Made by a program: the position numbers and the translations under genes | Notes under the pieces: generated by a model | Databases searched by the model: none | What the model was told of the DNA's origin: nothing | Seen by the model: only the letters and a program-made list of their open reading frames with translations | Assembly (NCBI GenBank): GCA_964447355.1 | Contig: CAYUSG010000004.1 | Span: 1-55,637 of the forward strand | Length of the DNA stretch: 55,637 nucleotides | Direction: 5' to 3' | DNA from: an uncultured Paenibacillaceae bacterium | Lineage (GTDB): Bacteria; Bacillota; Bacilli; Paenibacillales; CAYUSG01 | In this document: positions 44,970-52,576 of the stretch, piece after piece | Numbering within the stretch: position 1 is the stretch's first letter | Layout of the letters: the number at the start of each line of letters is the position of its first letter

Positions 44970-44988
44970 GTATAGGAGGTGCATCACT

Positions 44989-45276
44989 ATGGGCAGAGGG
45001 CAATCTGGCCGTACTAAGATCATTCCAGAATGTCATCAAGCTATAGATCAGATGAAGTACGAAATCGCTGCAGAGTTAGGATTACCTGTAGGCCAACACA
45101 TGATGCAAGGGTTAGCTGCAGATACTGAATTTGCCACAGAACTCGGGGCAATCCCAGGTGTAAAGCTGAAGGAAGGCTACTGGGGGCACCTGGCTTCTCG
45201 GGACGCAGGGGCGGTTGGCGGCGAAATAACCCGACGTTTAGTACAGCAAGCAGAGAAACAAATGTTTGAGCTATAA
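44989..45276 (+). CDS. alpha/beta-type small acid-soluble spore protein with an internal ~30-aa insertion
   Basis: AGGAGGTG before ATG 44989. AIDQMKYEIAAELG and GAVGGEITRRLV, the two conserved SASP helix motifs. Confidence 0.85.
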   Translation: MGRGQSGRTKIIPECHQAIDQMKYEIAAELGLPVGQHMMQGLAADTEFATELGAIPGVKLKEGYWGHLASRDAGAVGGEITRRLVQQAEKQMFEL

Positions 45277-45382
45277 TACATGATGAATACTACGAAATAA
45301 TCAGTAGCGAAGTGGGGGATATTACAGTTATCGTAAGATAATTGAATAGATCCCACTTCCTTGTGTCTTAAGGCTTTGAACG

Positions 45383-45411
45383 TTGACAGGGTCGGACAAA
45401 TCCAGTAAGAT
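45383..45411 (+). promoter_or_regulatory. putative sigma-A promoter in the ssp-metK intergenic region
   Basis: TTGACA (45383-45388), a 17-nt spacer, then TAAGAT (45406-45411). Confidence 0.45.
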
Positions 45412-45437
45412 TAAAAACTGAAGGTCACTAGAGATGC

Positions 45438-45472
45438 AACCTTTTCCATTGCGGGAAAGGTTCGTTTGTTGT
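45438..45472 (+). terminator. terminator-like hairpin about 25 nt downstream of that promoter
   Basis: AACCTTT(T)CC / GGAAAGGTT 9-bp stem with one bulge, 6-nt loop, then CGTTTGTTGT. Confidence 0.5.
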
Positions 45473-45660
45473 ATACCAAGTAAATCGATATGCATCGATC
45501 ATGCTTTAATTACATAAGGATCAGTTTCAATGGTCATTCACACAGGATTAATATCATTTCCAATAACTCTAAACCATCATACGATATAAAGGTTTAATTC
45601 TGTTTCATTCCAGATAGCGAAATTGATTCAGTTGACCACTATAATGGGAGGTAGATCAGT

Positions 45661-46851
45661 ATGGCAAAGCGTTTATTCACTTCTGAATCCGTAACAGAAG
45701 GCCATCCGGATAAGATCTGTGATCAGATTTCGGATGCTGTATTAGATGCATTCTTAGAAAGAGATCCCAATGCACGTGTTGCATGTGAAGTTTCTGTAGC
45801 AACAGGTTTAGTTCTTGTTACAGGGGAAATCAGCAGTAAATCGGAGTACATTGATATTCAAGGCATAGTAAGGGAAACTGTGAAGAACATTGGCTACACA
45901 CGTGCAAAATATGGCTTTGACCATCACACCTGCGCGGTTCTTAGTGCACTTAACGAACAGTCACCTGATATTGCGCAAGGCGTAAATGCTGCGTTAGAGA
46001 ATCGTACTGAGGATGCGAAAGAAGAGACCGAGAATATTGGAGCTGGGGACCAAGGTTTAATGTTCGGTTATGCGACAGATGAAACTCCTGAGTTAATGCC
46101 GCTTCCGATCGCACTATCTCACCGCTTGGCACGCAGATTGGCTGAAGTACGCAAGAATGGAACTTTAGAATATCTTCGTCCAGACGGCAAAGTACAAGTC
46201 ACGATTGAATACGAAGATGATCAACCTAAACGTGTAGATACAATTGTAATATCCACACAGCACAGTGAGGAAATAACATTGGAACAGATTCAACAAGATT
46301 TGCGCCAACATGTTATTGCAGCAGTTGTTCCTGCTGAGTGGTTAGATGAGAATACGAAGTATTTCATTAACCCTACAGGACGTTTCGTGGTGGGTGGACC
46401 TCAAGGCGACGCTGGATTAACAGGACGTAAAATTATTGTAGATACTTACGGTGGTTATGCTCGTCATGGCGGCGGTGCATTCTCCGGTAAAGATCCTACG
46501 AAAGTGGATCGTTCCGCAGCTTATGCAGCTCGTTATGTCGCTAAGAATATCGTAGCAGCTGGATTAGCTAAGAAATGTGAAATTCAGTTGGCATACGCTA
46601 TTGGTGTAGCACAACCCGTGTCCATTAGCGTTGATACGTTTGGCACAGGCAGCGTATCAGAAGAAGTATTGGAGCAGGTTATCCGCAAAAACTTCGATCT
46701 TCGCCCAGCAGGCATTATCAAAATGCTAGACCTTCGCAGACCGATCTACAAACAAACAGCGGCTTATGGTCATTTCGGGCGTACAGATATTGATTTGCCT
46801 TGGGAACGTACCGACAAAGCAGATCAGCTTAAAGCTGACGCTCAAGCTTAA
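45661..46851 (+). CDS. metK: S-adenosylmethionine synthetase
   Basis: [33 protein letters not shown] and [19 protein letters not shown] motifs. 396 aa. Confidence 0.97.
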   Translation: MAKRLFTSESVTEGHPDKICDQISDAVLDAFLERDPNARVACEVSVATGLVLVTGEISSKSEYIDIQGIVRETVKNIGYTRAKYGFDHHTCAVLSALNEQSPDIAQGVNAALENRTEDAKEETENIGAGDQGLMFGYATDETPELMPLPIALSHRLARRLAEVRKNGTLEYLRPDGKVQVTIEYEDDQPKRVDTIVISTQHSEEITLEQIQQDLRQHVIAAVVPAEWLDENTKYFINPTGRFVVGGPQGDAGLTGRKIIVDTYGGYARHGGGAFSGKDPTKVDRSAAYAARYVAKNIVAAGLAKKCEIQLAYAIGVAQPVSISVDTFGTGSVSEEVLEQVIRKNFDLRPAGIIKMLDLRRPIYKQTAAYGHFGRTDIDLPWERTDKADQLKADAQA

Positions 46852-47054
46852 GTCGTTAGGTTGCTAAATGCCCAAAATACAATTGGGTATAACATGGATA
46901 TATCAGGGTTTAAAACATGACAAGGGGCAACCAAAAGTCAAAATACGATTTTTGGATGTCCCTTTGACTTATCACGTGTTCATCCCCAAAATCTATTATT
47001 CCTATCGGAGTAGTAAACAATAAAAGGTATTTTACGTCACATATCTAATGCACG

Positions 47055-47088
47055 CCGCTGGTACTTACCAGTGGTTATTTGTATTTGT
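47055..47088 (+). terminator. rho-independent terminator about 200 nt downstream of the metK stop
   Basis: CCGCTGGT / ACCAGTGG stem (one G-U pair), loop ACTT, then TTATTTGTATTTGT. Confidence 0.6.
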
Positions 47089-47181
47089 CGTATTTTGACG
47101 AAACTTTTTCTATTAATTCCCTCCTTTTGTCCTGTAACTTTTTACTAGGTTTCGGAGTCTAATATAGATGCAGACATAAAT

Positions 47182-47203
47182 GAATCAACAACATAGTTGA
47201 TTC
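47182..47203 (+). promoter_or_regulatory. perfect 8-bp hairpin / inverted repeat upstream of the 888-aa gene
   Basis: GAATCAAC (47182-47189) and GTTGATTC (47196-47203), flanked by TCTAATATAGATG (47158) and TCTAATAGATG (47202). Confidence 0.4.
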
Positions 47204-47252
47204 TAATAGATGGAAATATGGGAGAAGAGCAGAAGGGGAGGACCTACACATA

Positions 47253-49919
47253 ATGAAGCGTAAGAAGCAGTATTTCAGCAAGACATCTGCCTTGAAGGGA
47301 TGGACTTCGGCCATTTTAGCCGCGACGCTGCTTGTCCAGCCGATTTCATTGGTGGATATACAGCCCATAGCCGTTTATGCAGCAACAGAACCTACACTAA
47401 CGAAAGTCTCAGAAACACCAATCACCTCTGGTGCTACACTTCAGAAATATGTTTGGACTTCAGTTCGCGGTAAAGCGAAAGTAAAGGCCAACGTACATGT
47501 GGTCAAAATCGACCTTCATAACCCGCATGTTACCCTTGATGTGATGACAGGCATTAATGATCAGTTTACTAAGCGCAATACGACACTTGGCATGGTCAAA
47601 GAGACAGGTGCGGTTGCAGGGGTCAATGGGGATTACTATGCTGTAGCAGCCGAAGGTGCGCCTATTGGACCTCAGGTTTCAGATGGTGAGTTGGTGGCTT
47701 CACCGAGCTTGTTAAATGGGATGTTCGCTTTTGGTATCACTGCAGAAGGCAAACCGATGATCGATCAGTTTAAGTTTCAAGGCACGATAACTGCCCCTAG
47801 TGGCGCAACTTATCCGCTGGCAGGTTTAAATAAAACATTTTATTGGACTGACGATAAACAGCACAGTCATACGAATAATATATACCTGTATACGGATAAA
47901 TGGGCCAGTACTAAACGTGCGGATGATGGAGCAACCACCCCAACAGAGGTTTTAGTGAGAAACGGTATCGTTGAACAAATCGTAGAAAAGCAGTATTTGC
48001 CGATGTCACCGCCAGAAGACGGATATATTCTAAGAGCAGCACATAAAGGATCTGATTTCATTACAGAGCAGCTTAAGGTGGGGGATAGGATCGAGGTAGA
48101 CTACCAGCTGCAAGCCAAAAATTCAAATGAAGTGTATCCTGCGGGATCTTTTAAGACGATGATAGGCGGGCATACCATTCTAGTGCATGAAGGAAAGCCA
48201 TCTTACTATTCAAGAGATGTTAGCAGCTTGGGAGGATATCGTGCTAGAACAGGAATTGGCTACTCTAAGGATGAACGTCATGTGTTCCTGATTACAGTAG
48301 ATGCAAGCGGGGACAGCAAGGGCATGAGCCTGGATGAGTTTAAGAGAGCTATGATAGGCGTTGGTGTATGGAAAGGTCTTAACCTCGACGGAGGGGGATC
48401 CACTCAGCTCGTCAGCAGACCGCTTGGTGAGACGAATGTTGAATTAACGAATAAACCGGAGAATAACTTTCAACGCAGAGTTGTGAATGGACTAGGTGTG
48501 TATTCACTTGCACCCAAAGGCACGCTGTCCGGCATGCTGATAGATATTGAACCTATTCTATTTATCGGTGAAACAACACCCATTGACATTAAAGGGTATG
48601 ACCAGTACTTCAATCCGATAGCTGTTGATGGTTCGGAATTTAGCTGGACAGTCAAAGAACCGATCGGTGAATTCGTCGAGCACTCATTCAAACCGACCAA
48701 GCCCGGATCCAGTACGATTCAAGCGAAGCTGGGCGATAAAGTCAAAACTGCCCCTGTTCAAGTCGTGGGAAGAAACGACCTAGCATCATTAGCCATTACA
48801 GGCGACATCAATTCGATTTCAGCAGGATCGACCTATACACTGCCTGTTGTGGCAGAGACCGATACGGGTGTGAAACGGACGGTTCCGGCCGAATCTATCC
48901 AGTGGGAGTTGCAAGGCTTTGAAGGGACGGTATCGGGCAATCAGTTGAAGGTGGATCAAGTCTTCGATACAGGTGCAGCACGAATTATTGCTCGCTATGA
49001 GGGTTTCAGTACACAGAAAACGTTACCGATCGGAGTGGATAAACTTTGGACGGATTTCACGGACTTTGAATACCCCATTGCATTCTCCAGCTATCCAGCT
49101 GAGGTAAAAGGTGGATCAAGAGTAGTATTTGGCCTGCCGGGATTGGATGAAAGCAATCGTGTCCTTCATATTGAATATAACTTTAGCAAAGGGACAGGAA
49201 CGAAGGCGGCCTATGCGAACCTTAATGGGGATGAAGGTATTACTTTAGAGGGCGAACCTCTGCAGATGAAGCTGAAAGCGCTTGGTGATGGCAGCCTGAA
49301 CTGGTTGCGGGCTGAAATCGTAGATGCAAAAGGGACGCTTCATCGTGTGGATATTACCCAAGCGATCAACTGGTACGGCTGGAGAGACTTCACGGTTAAC
49401 TTAACAGACTACAACATGGCTTATCCTATTACCCTGAAGAAGCTGTACGTAGCTAATCCAGAACAAGGACAAGATGAACGCGAAGTGTTCGGTGCGGTAG
49501 GATTTGATGATATTCGTTTCGAATATCGCGGTAATCTGCCAGAGCTGGAGAAGAACAAGGTAGAGTTAACCTTGAATAGCACAACGATGCAACTGCAAGG
49601 AGAGCAATTAGAGATGGATCAAGCTCCTGTAGTCATTGATGGAAATACACTTGTGCCTATTAAATTCATCGTGGAAGCTTTAGGCGGACAGGTAGGCTGG
49701 GATGGTAAGGAGAAGAAAGCGACGATCATTCGCGGCCATCAAATGATGGATATGTGGATTGATCAGACTTGGATGGTAGTGAATGGTACGCGAGCAGAAG
49801 CACCTATAGCCCCTGCTGTAATGAGTGGACGTACCATGGTGCCGTTAAGGCTCATCTCTGAAACGTTGGGATGGAAGGTTTCGTATCATTCGGAGACCAA
49901 ATCTATTATTCTGGAATAA
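47253..49919 (+). CDS. secreted phosphodiester glycosidase family protein with Ig-like middle region and C-terminal copper-amine-oxidase-N-terminal-like domain
   Basis: Signal peptide. GAVAGVNGDYY, RTGIGYSKDERHVFLITVD and NLDGGGSTQL strings. C-terminal VIDGNTLVPIKFIVEALGG ... GRTMVPLRLISETLGW. Confidence 0.85.
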   Translation: MKRKKQYFSKTSALKGWTSAILAATLLVQPISLVDIQPIAVYAATEPTLTKVSETPITSGATLQKYVWTSVRGKAKVKANVHVVKIDLHNPHVTLDVMTGINDQFTKRNTTLGMVKETGAVAGVNGDYYAVAAEGAPIGPQVSDGELVASPSLLNGMFAFGITAEGKPMIDQFKFQGTITAPSGATYPLAGLNKTFYWTDDKQHSHTNNIYLYTDKWASTKRADDGATTPTEVLVRNGIVEQIVEKQYLPMSPPEDGYILRAAHKGSDFITEQLKVGDRIEVDYQLQAKNSNEVYPAGSFKTMIGGHTILVHEGKPSYYSRDVSSLGGYRARTGIGYSKDERHVFLITVDASGDSKGMSLDEFKRAMIGVGVWKGLNLDGGGSTQLVSRPLGETNVELTNKPENNFQRRVVNGLGVYSLAPKGTLSGMLIDIEPILFIGETTPIDIKGYDQYFNPIAVDGSEFSWTVKEPIGEFVEHSFKPTKPGSSTIQAKLGDKVKTAPVQVVGRNDLASLAITGDINSISAGSTYTLPVVAETDTGVKRTVPAESIQWELQGFEGTVSGNQLKVDQVFDTGAARIIARYEGFSTQKTLPIGVDKLWTDFTDFEYPIAFSSYPAEVKGGSRVVFGLPGLDESNRVLHIEYNFSKGTGTKAAYANLNGDEGITLEGEPLQMKLKALGDGSLNWLRAEIVDAKGTLHRVDITQAINWYGWRDFTVNLTDYNMAYPITLKKLYVANPEQGQDEREVFGAVGFDDIRFEYRGNLPELEKNKVELTLNSTTMQLQGEQLEMDQAPVVIDGNTLVPIKFIVEALGGQVGWDGKEKKATIIRGHQMMDMWIDQTWMVVNGTRAEAPIAPAVMSGRTMVPLRLISETLGWKVSYHSETKSIILE

Positions 49920-50041
49920 AGCTTCGATTGGGTCCCTAGGCCTAATTTATACGAATTAAATATGATAAAATATTAGTAGTTACGTGGTCAATAAATAGTT
50001 TACAATAAAGCTATAATCTAGTATAGGGAGTAGGGACACGG

Positions 50042-51226
50042 TTGGGTGTACAAGTTGATGCGATTGATAAGATTCTCAAAAATGCGATAAATGTGATGGA
50101 CAGCAGCAAATACCAGATCTTTGAAATCAGCGAAAGTGCCCGCTCTGAAAAAGATGCTTTGAATAAGGAGCTCCAGCAAATTATTGAAGAAACGAAGCTG
50201 ACGATCGAGAATGTCGATAAGCTGGAGCTCGATTATAGAAGAGCTAGAGTGCGATTAACAGAAGTAAGCCGAGATTTCAATCGATTCACGGAACAAGATA
50301 TTAAAGCAGCGTACGAAGTAGCAACGAACTTGCAGCTGGAATTGTTCATTTACCGGGAGAAAGAGGGGACCCTTCGTGCTAGGCGGGAGGACCTGTATCG
50401 GCGCATCAAGAAAGTCGAACAGACCATTGAGCGGGCGGAAGTGTTAGTTTCCCAGGTCAATGTAGTACTTGAATATTTATCAGGCGATTTGGGTCAAGTG
50501 ACACGTATGCTGGAATCTGCGAAGAACAGACAGCAGATTGGGCTGAAGATTATTTTGGCGCAGGAAGAGGAGCGCAAGCGGATATCCAGAGAAGTGCACG
50601 ATGGACCAGCACAAACCTTAGCAAATGTGGTGCTTCGGACTGAGATTGCAGAACGTATGATTGCGAAGGAAGAGCATGAAGCTGCCAGACTTGAAATTTC
50701 TGAGCTTAAACAACAGGTTCGTTCAGGGCTGGAAGAAGTGCGCAAGATCATATTTAACCTTAGACCGATGGCGCTTGACGATCTTGGACTAGTGCCTACG
50801 CTTAGGAAATTCGTCCAAGACTTTGAAGATAAAAATAAACTGCGTACAGAATTCATTATCAGCGGCAGAGAAACTCGGTTGCCATCTGGATTAGAGGTCG
50901 CCATCTATCGATTAGTGCAAGAAGCATCATCAAACGTTCTGAAGCATGCCGAAGCCTCACATTTAAGAATAGAGCTAACCTATCAGAAGCAAAGATCCAA
51001 GATTGTAATACAGGATAATGGTAAAGGATTTGACTTAGATAAGGTCCAGCTCAAGATACGACAAGGCAATCATTTCGGTTTGATTGGTATGAGGGAACGT
51101 GTGGAACTGCTGGAAGGCAGATTTGACATCGAATCTGAACCAAATGCTGGTACCAAAATCACCATGCTCATACCTTACGGTATGGATCAAGGGAAGGAGA
51201 AAGACGATGGAAACACAAACGAATAG
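50042..51226 (+). CDS. degS: two-component sensor histidine kinase DegS
   Basis: Collinear with remembered B. subtilis DegS: RLTEVSRDFNRFTEQDIKAAYE, QEEERKRISREVHDGPAQ and LRPMALDDLGLVPTLRKF. TTG start. Confidence 0.92.
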   Translation: MGVQVDAIDKILKNAINVMDSSKYQIFEISESARSEKDALNKELQQIIEETKLTIENVDKLELDYRRARVRLTEVSRDFNRFTEQDIKAAYEVATNLQLELFIYREKEGTLRARREDLYRRIKKVEQTIERAEVLVSQVNVVLEYLSGDLGQVTRMLESAKNRQQIGLKIILAQEEERKRISREVHDGPAQTLANVVLRTEIAERMIAKEEHEAARLEISELKQQVRSGLEEVRKIIFNLRPMALDDLGLVPTLRKFVQDFEDKNKLRTEFIISGRETRLPSGLEVAIYRLVQEASSNVLKHAEASHLRIELTYQKQRSKIVIQDNGKGFDLDKVQLKIRQGNHFGLIGMRERVELLEGRFDIESEPNAGTKITMLIPYGMDQGKEKDDGNTNE

Positions 51227-51923
51227 AACAGTCAGACTCATGATTGCCGATGATCATCAATTGTTTAGGGAAGGCTTAAAGCGAATTTTAAATATGGAAG
51301 ATGATTTCGAAGTCATTGGTGAATGCGGCAATGGGATTGAAATTATTGAAATGTGCAACCGAGAACAGCCTGATGTCGTATTAATGGATATTAATATGCC
51401 TATCGAGAATGGGGTTGTGGCAACGCAGCGCATCAAGGATATTTTTCCAGAAGTGAAAGTGATTATCCTATCGATTCATGATGATGAAAGCTATGTATTC
51501 GAGACGCTCCGCAAAGGAGCCTCAGGGTATTTATTGAAAGATATGGAAGCAGAATCATTAGTTAAGGCGATTCGTTCTGTGGTGATAGGCCATGCATTCA
51601 TTCATCCGAAAGTTACGGGTAAGCTTATTAATCAGTTACGTCGCATGACTTATCTGGATGAAGCGGGAGTTCTAGAGCCTGCTGCTACGAAGGAAGCGGG
51701 TGTGCAGTACATAGATTCACCAGAAAGCCCGCTTACCAAGCGTGAGGCCGAAGTGTTGAGGCTGATGGCTGAAGGTATGAGCAACAAAGCGATCGGTGAG
51801 TATTTGTTTATTAGTGAGAAGACAGTGAAGAACCATGTCAGCAGCATTCTTCAGAAAATGGAAGTCGATGATCGGACCCAAGCCGTTATTGCTTCAATTA
51901 AGAATGGTTGGGTAACGCTGTAA
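51207..51923 (+). CDS. degU: two-component response regulator DegU (LuxR/NarL family)
   Basis: GGAAGGAGAAAG before ATG 51207. 20-nt overlap with degS. DDHQLFREGLKRIL, IILSIHDDE and FISEKTVKNHVSSILQKM...DRTQAV..IKNGWV. Confidence 0.95.
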   Translation: METQTNRTVRLMIADDHQLFREGLKRILNMEDDFEVIGECGNGIEIIEMCNREQPDVVLMDINMPIENGVVATQRIKDIFPEVKVIILSIHDDESYVFETLRKGASGYLLKDMEAESLVKAIRSVVIGHAFIHPKVTGKLINQLRRMTYLDEAGVLEPAATKEAGVQYIDSPESPLTKREAEVLRLMAEGMSNKAIGEYLFISEKTVKNHVSSILQKMEVDDRTQAVIASIKNGWVTL

Positions 51924-51943
51924 TACGGACATAGGAACTTCAA

Positions 51944-51980
51944 ACCTCCTGCCGGCATATAATGCCTGTATAAAGGAGGT
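51944..51980 (+). promoter_or_regulatory. hairpin that pairs the Shine-Dalgarno of the next ORF with an upstream anti-SD
   Basis: ACCTCCT (51944-51950) is fully complementary to AGGAGGT (51974-51980). Inner helix GGCAT/ATGCC. Confidence 0.5.
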
Positions 51981-51988
51981 CGGCCGCG

Positions 51989-52396
51989 ATGATTGTAAGC
52001 ATCTTATGGATTGTAGGCATCTATGCGAGCTGTATTGCTTTTATACATGTGTGGTATGCGATGTTCGGCAAGCGTGAACAGGACAGCAACCAAGTGGTTC
52101 TCGTCACGTACAACCACCAAACACATGTTGAATGGTGTATTCGATACTTAAGTTTTCTAGCTTGGCTTCAGGGCAAAGGGCTGTATGTGACCGTTTTGGA
52201 CGAAGGGTCATCAGATGATACTGAAGCAATAGTGCAGCAATTAAGCCATTACAGAGGCGCCCATATTCGGTTCAAATCCTGCCAAACAGGTGCAGATGCG
52301 GTTATTTCTACCCGTGTTCGACCTGAGGTTAAAATTTACAGATTAAATCGTCAAGAAGATCTCAGGCAGCTTGGACTTGTTGGTCCAGTGAGGTAA
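51989..52396 (+). CDS. small membrane-anchored protein with a GT-A (GT2)-like N-terminal stub, function unknown
   Basis: Strong SD. TM helix, then VVLVTYNHQ...VLDEGSSDDTEAIV, resembling the nucleotide-binding start of family-2 glycosyltransferases. Only 135 aa. Has its own terminator. Confidence 0.65.
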   Translation: MIVSILWIVGIYASCIAFIHVWYAMFGKREQDSNQVVLVTYNHQTHVEWCIRYLSFLAWLQGKGLYVTVLDEGSSDDTEAIVQQLSHYRGAHIRFKSCQTGADAVISTRVRPEVKIYRLNRQEDLRQLGLVGPVR

Positions 52397-52441
52397 ATGA
52401 AGCATCATAGGTGAATGATAAGCATAGAGTTGGGCGTGAAG

Positions 52442-52478
52442 CACACCCCGGTCAAATAGGACTAGGGTGTGTTTTTTT
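52442..52478 (+). terminator. rho-independent terminator
   Basis: CACACCC / GGGTGTG stem followed by TTTTTTT. Confidence 0.8.
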
Positions 52479-52576
52479 GTGTTTTCAAACTGAAAAATGG
52501 AGCTGTTTGCGGTGTAACGAACCATTCTCGGATCAAATCGAGTGAAGTTCTTAATCTGTTAGGGGGGTGTGAGCTA

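Noticed and set aside
45309-45359. Terminator for the SASP gene (GAAGTGGG / CCCACTTC)
   Set aside because: The 8-bp stem encloses a 35-nt loop and there is no T tail. This is too weak to call.
50494-50904. 136-aa antisense ORF inside degS
   Set aside because: It is embedded in a gene with near-collinear similarity to DegS. It has Ser/Arg-rich antisense composition and no SD.
52469-52576. GTG 52469 as the comFA start (771-aa ORF in the track)
   Set aside because: The codon lies within the stem and T-run of the terminator at 52442-52478 and has no SD. TTG 52577 or a later ATG is more plausible.
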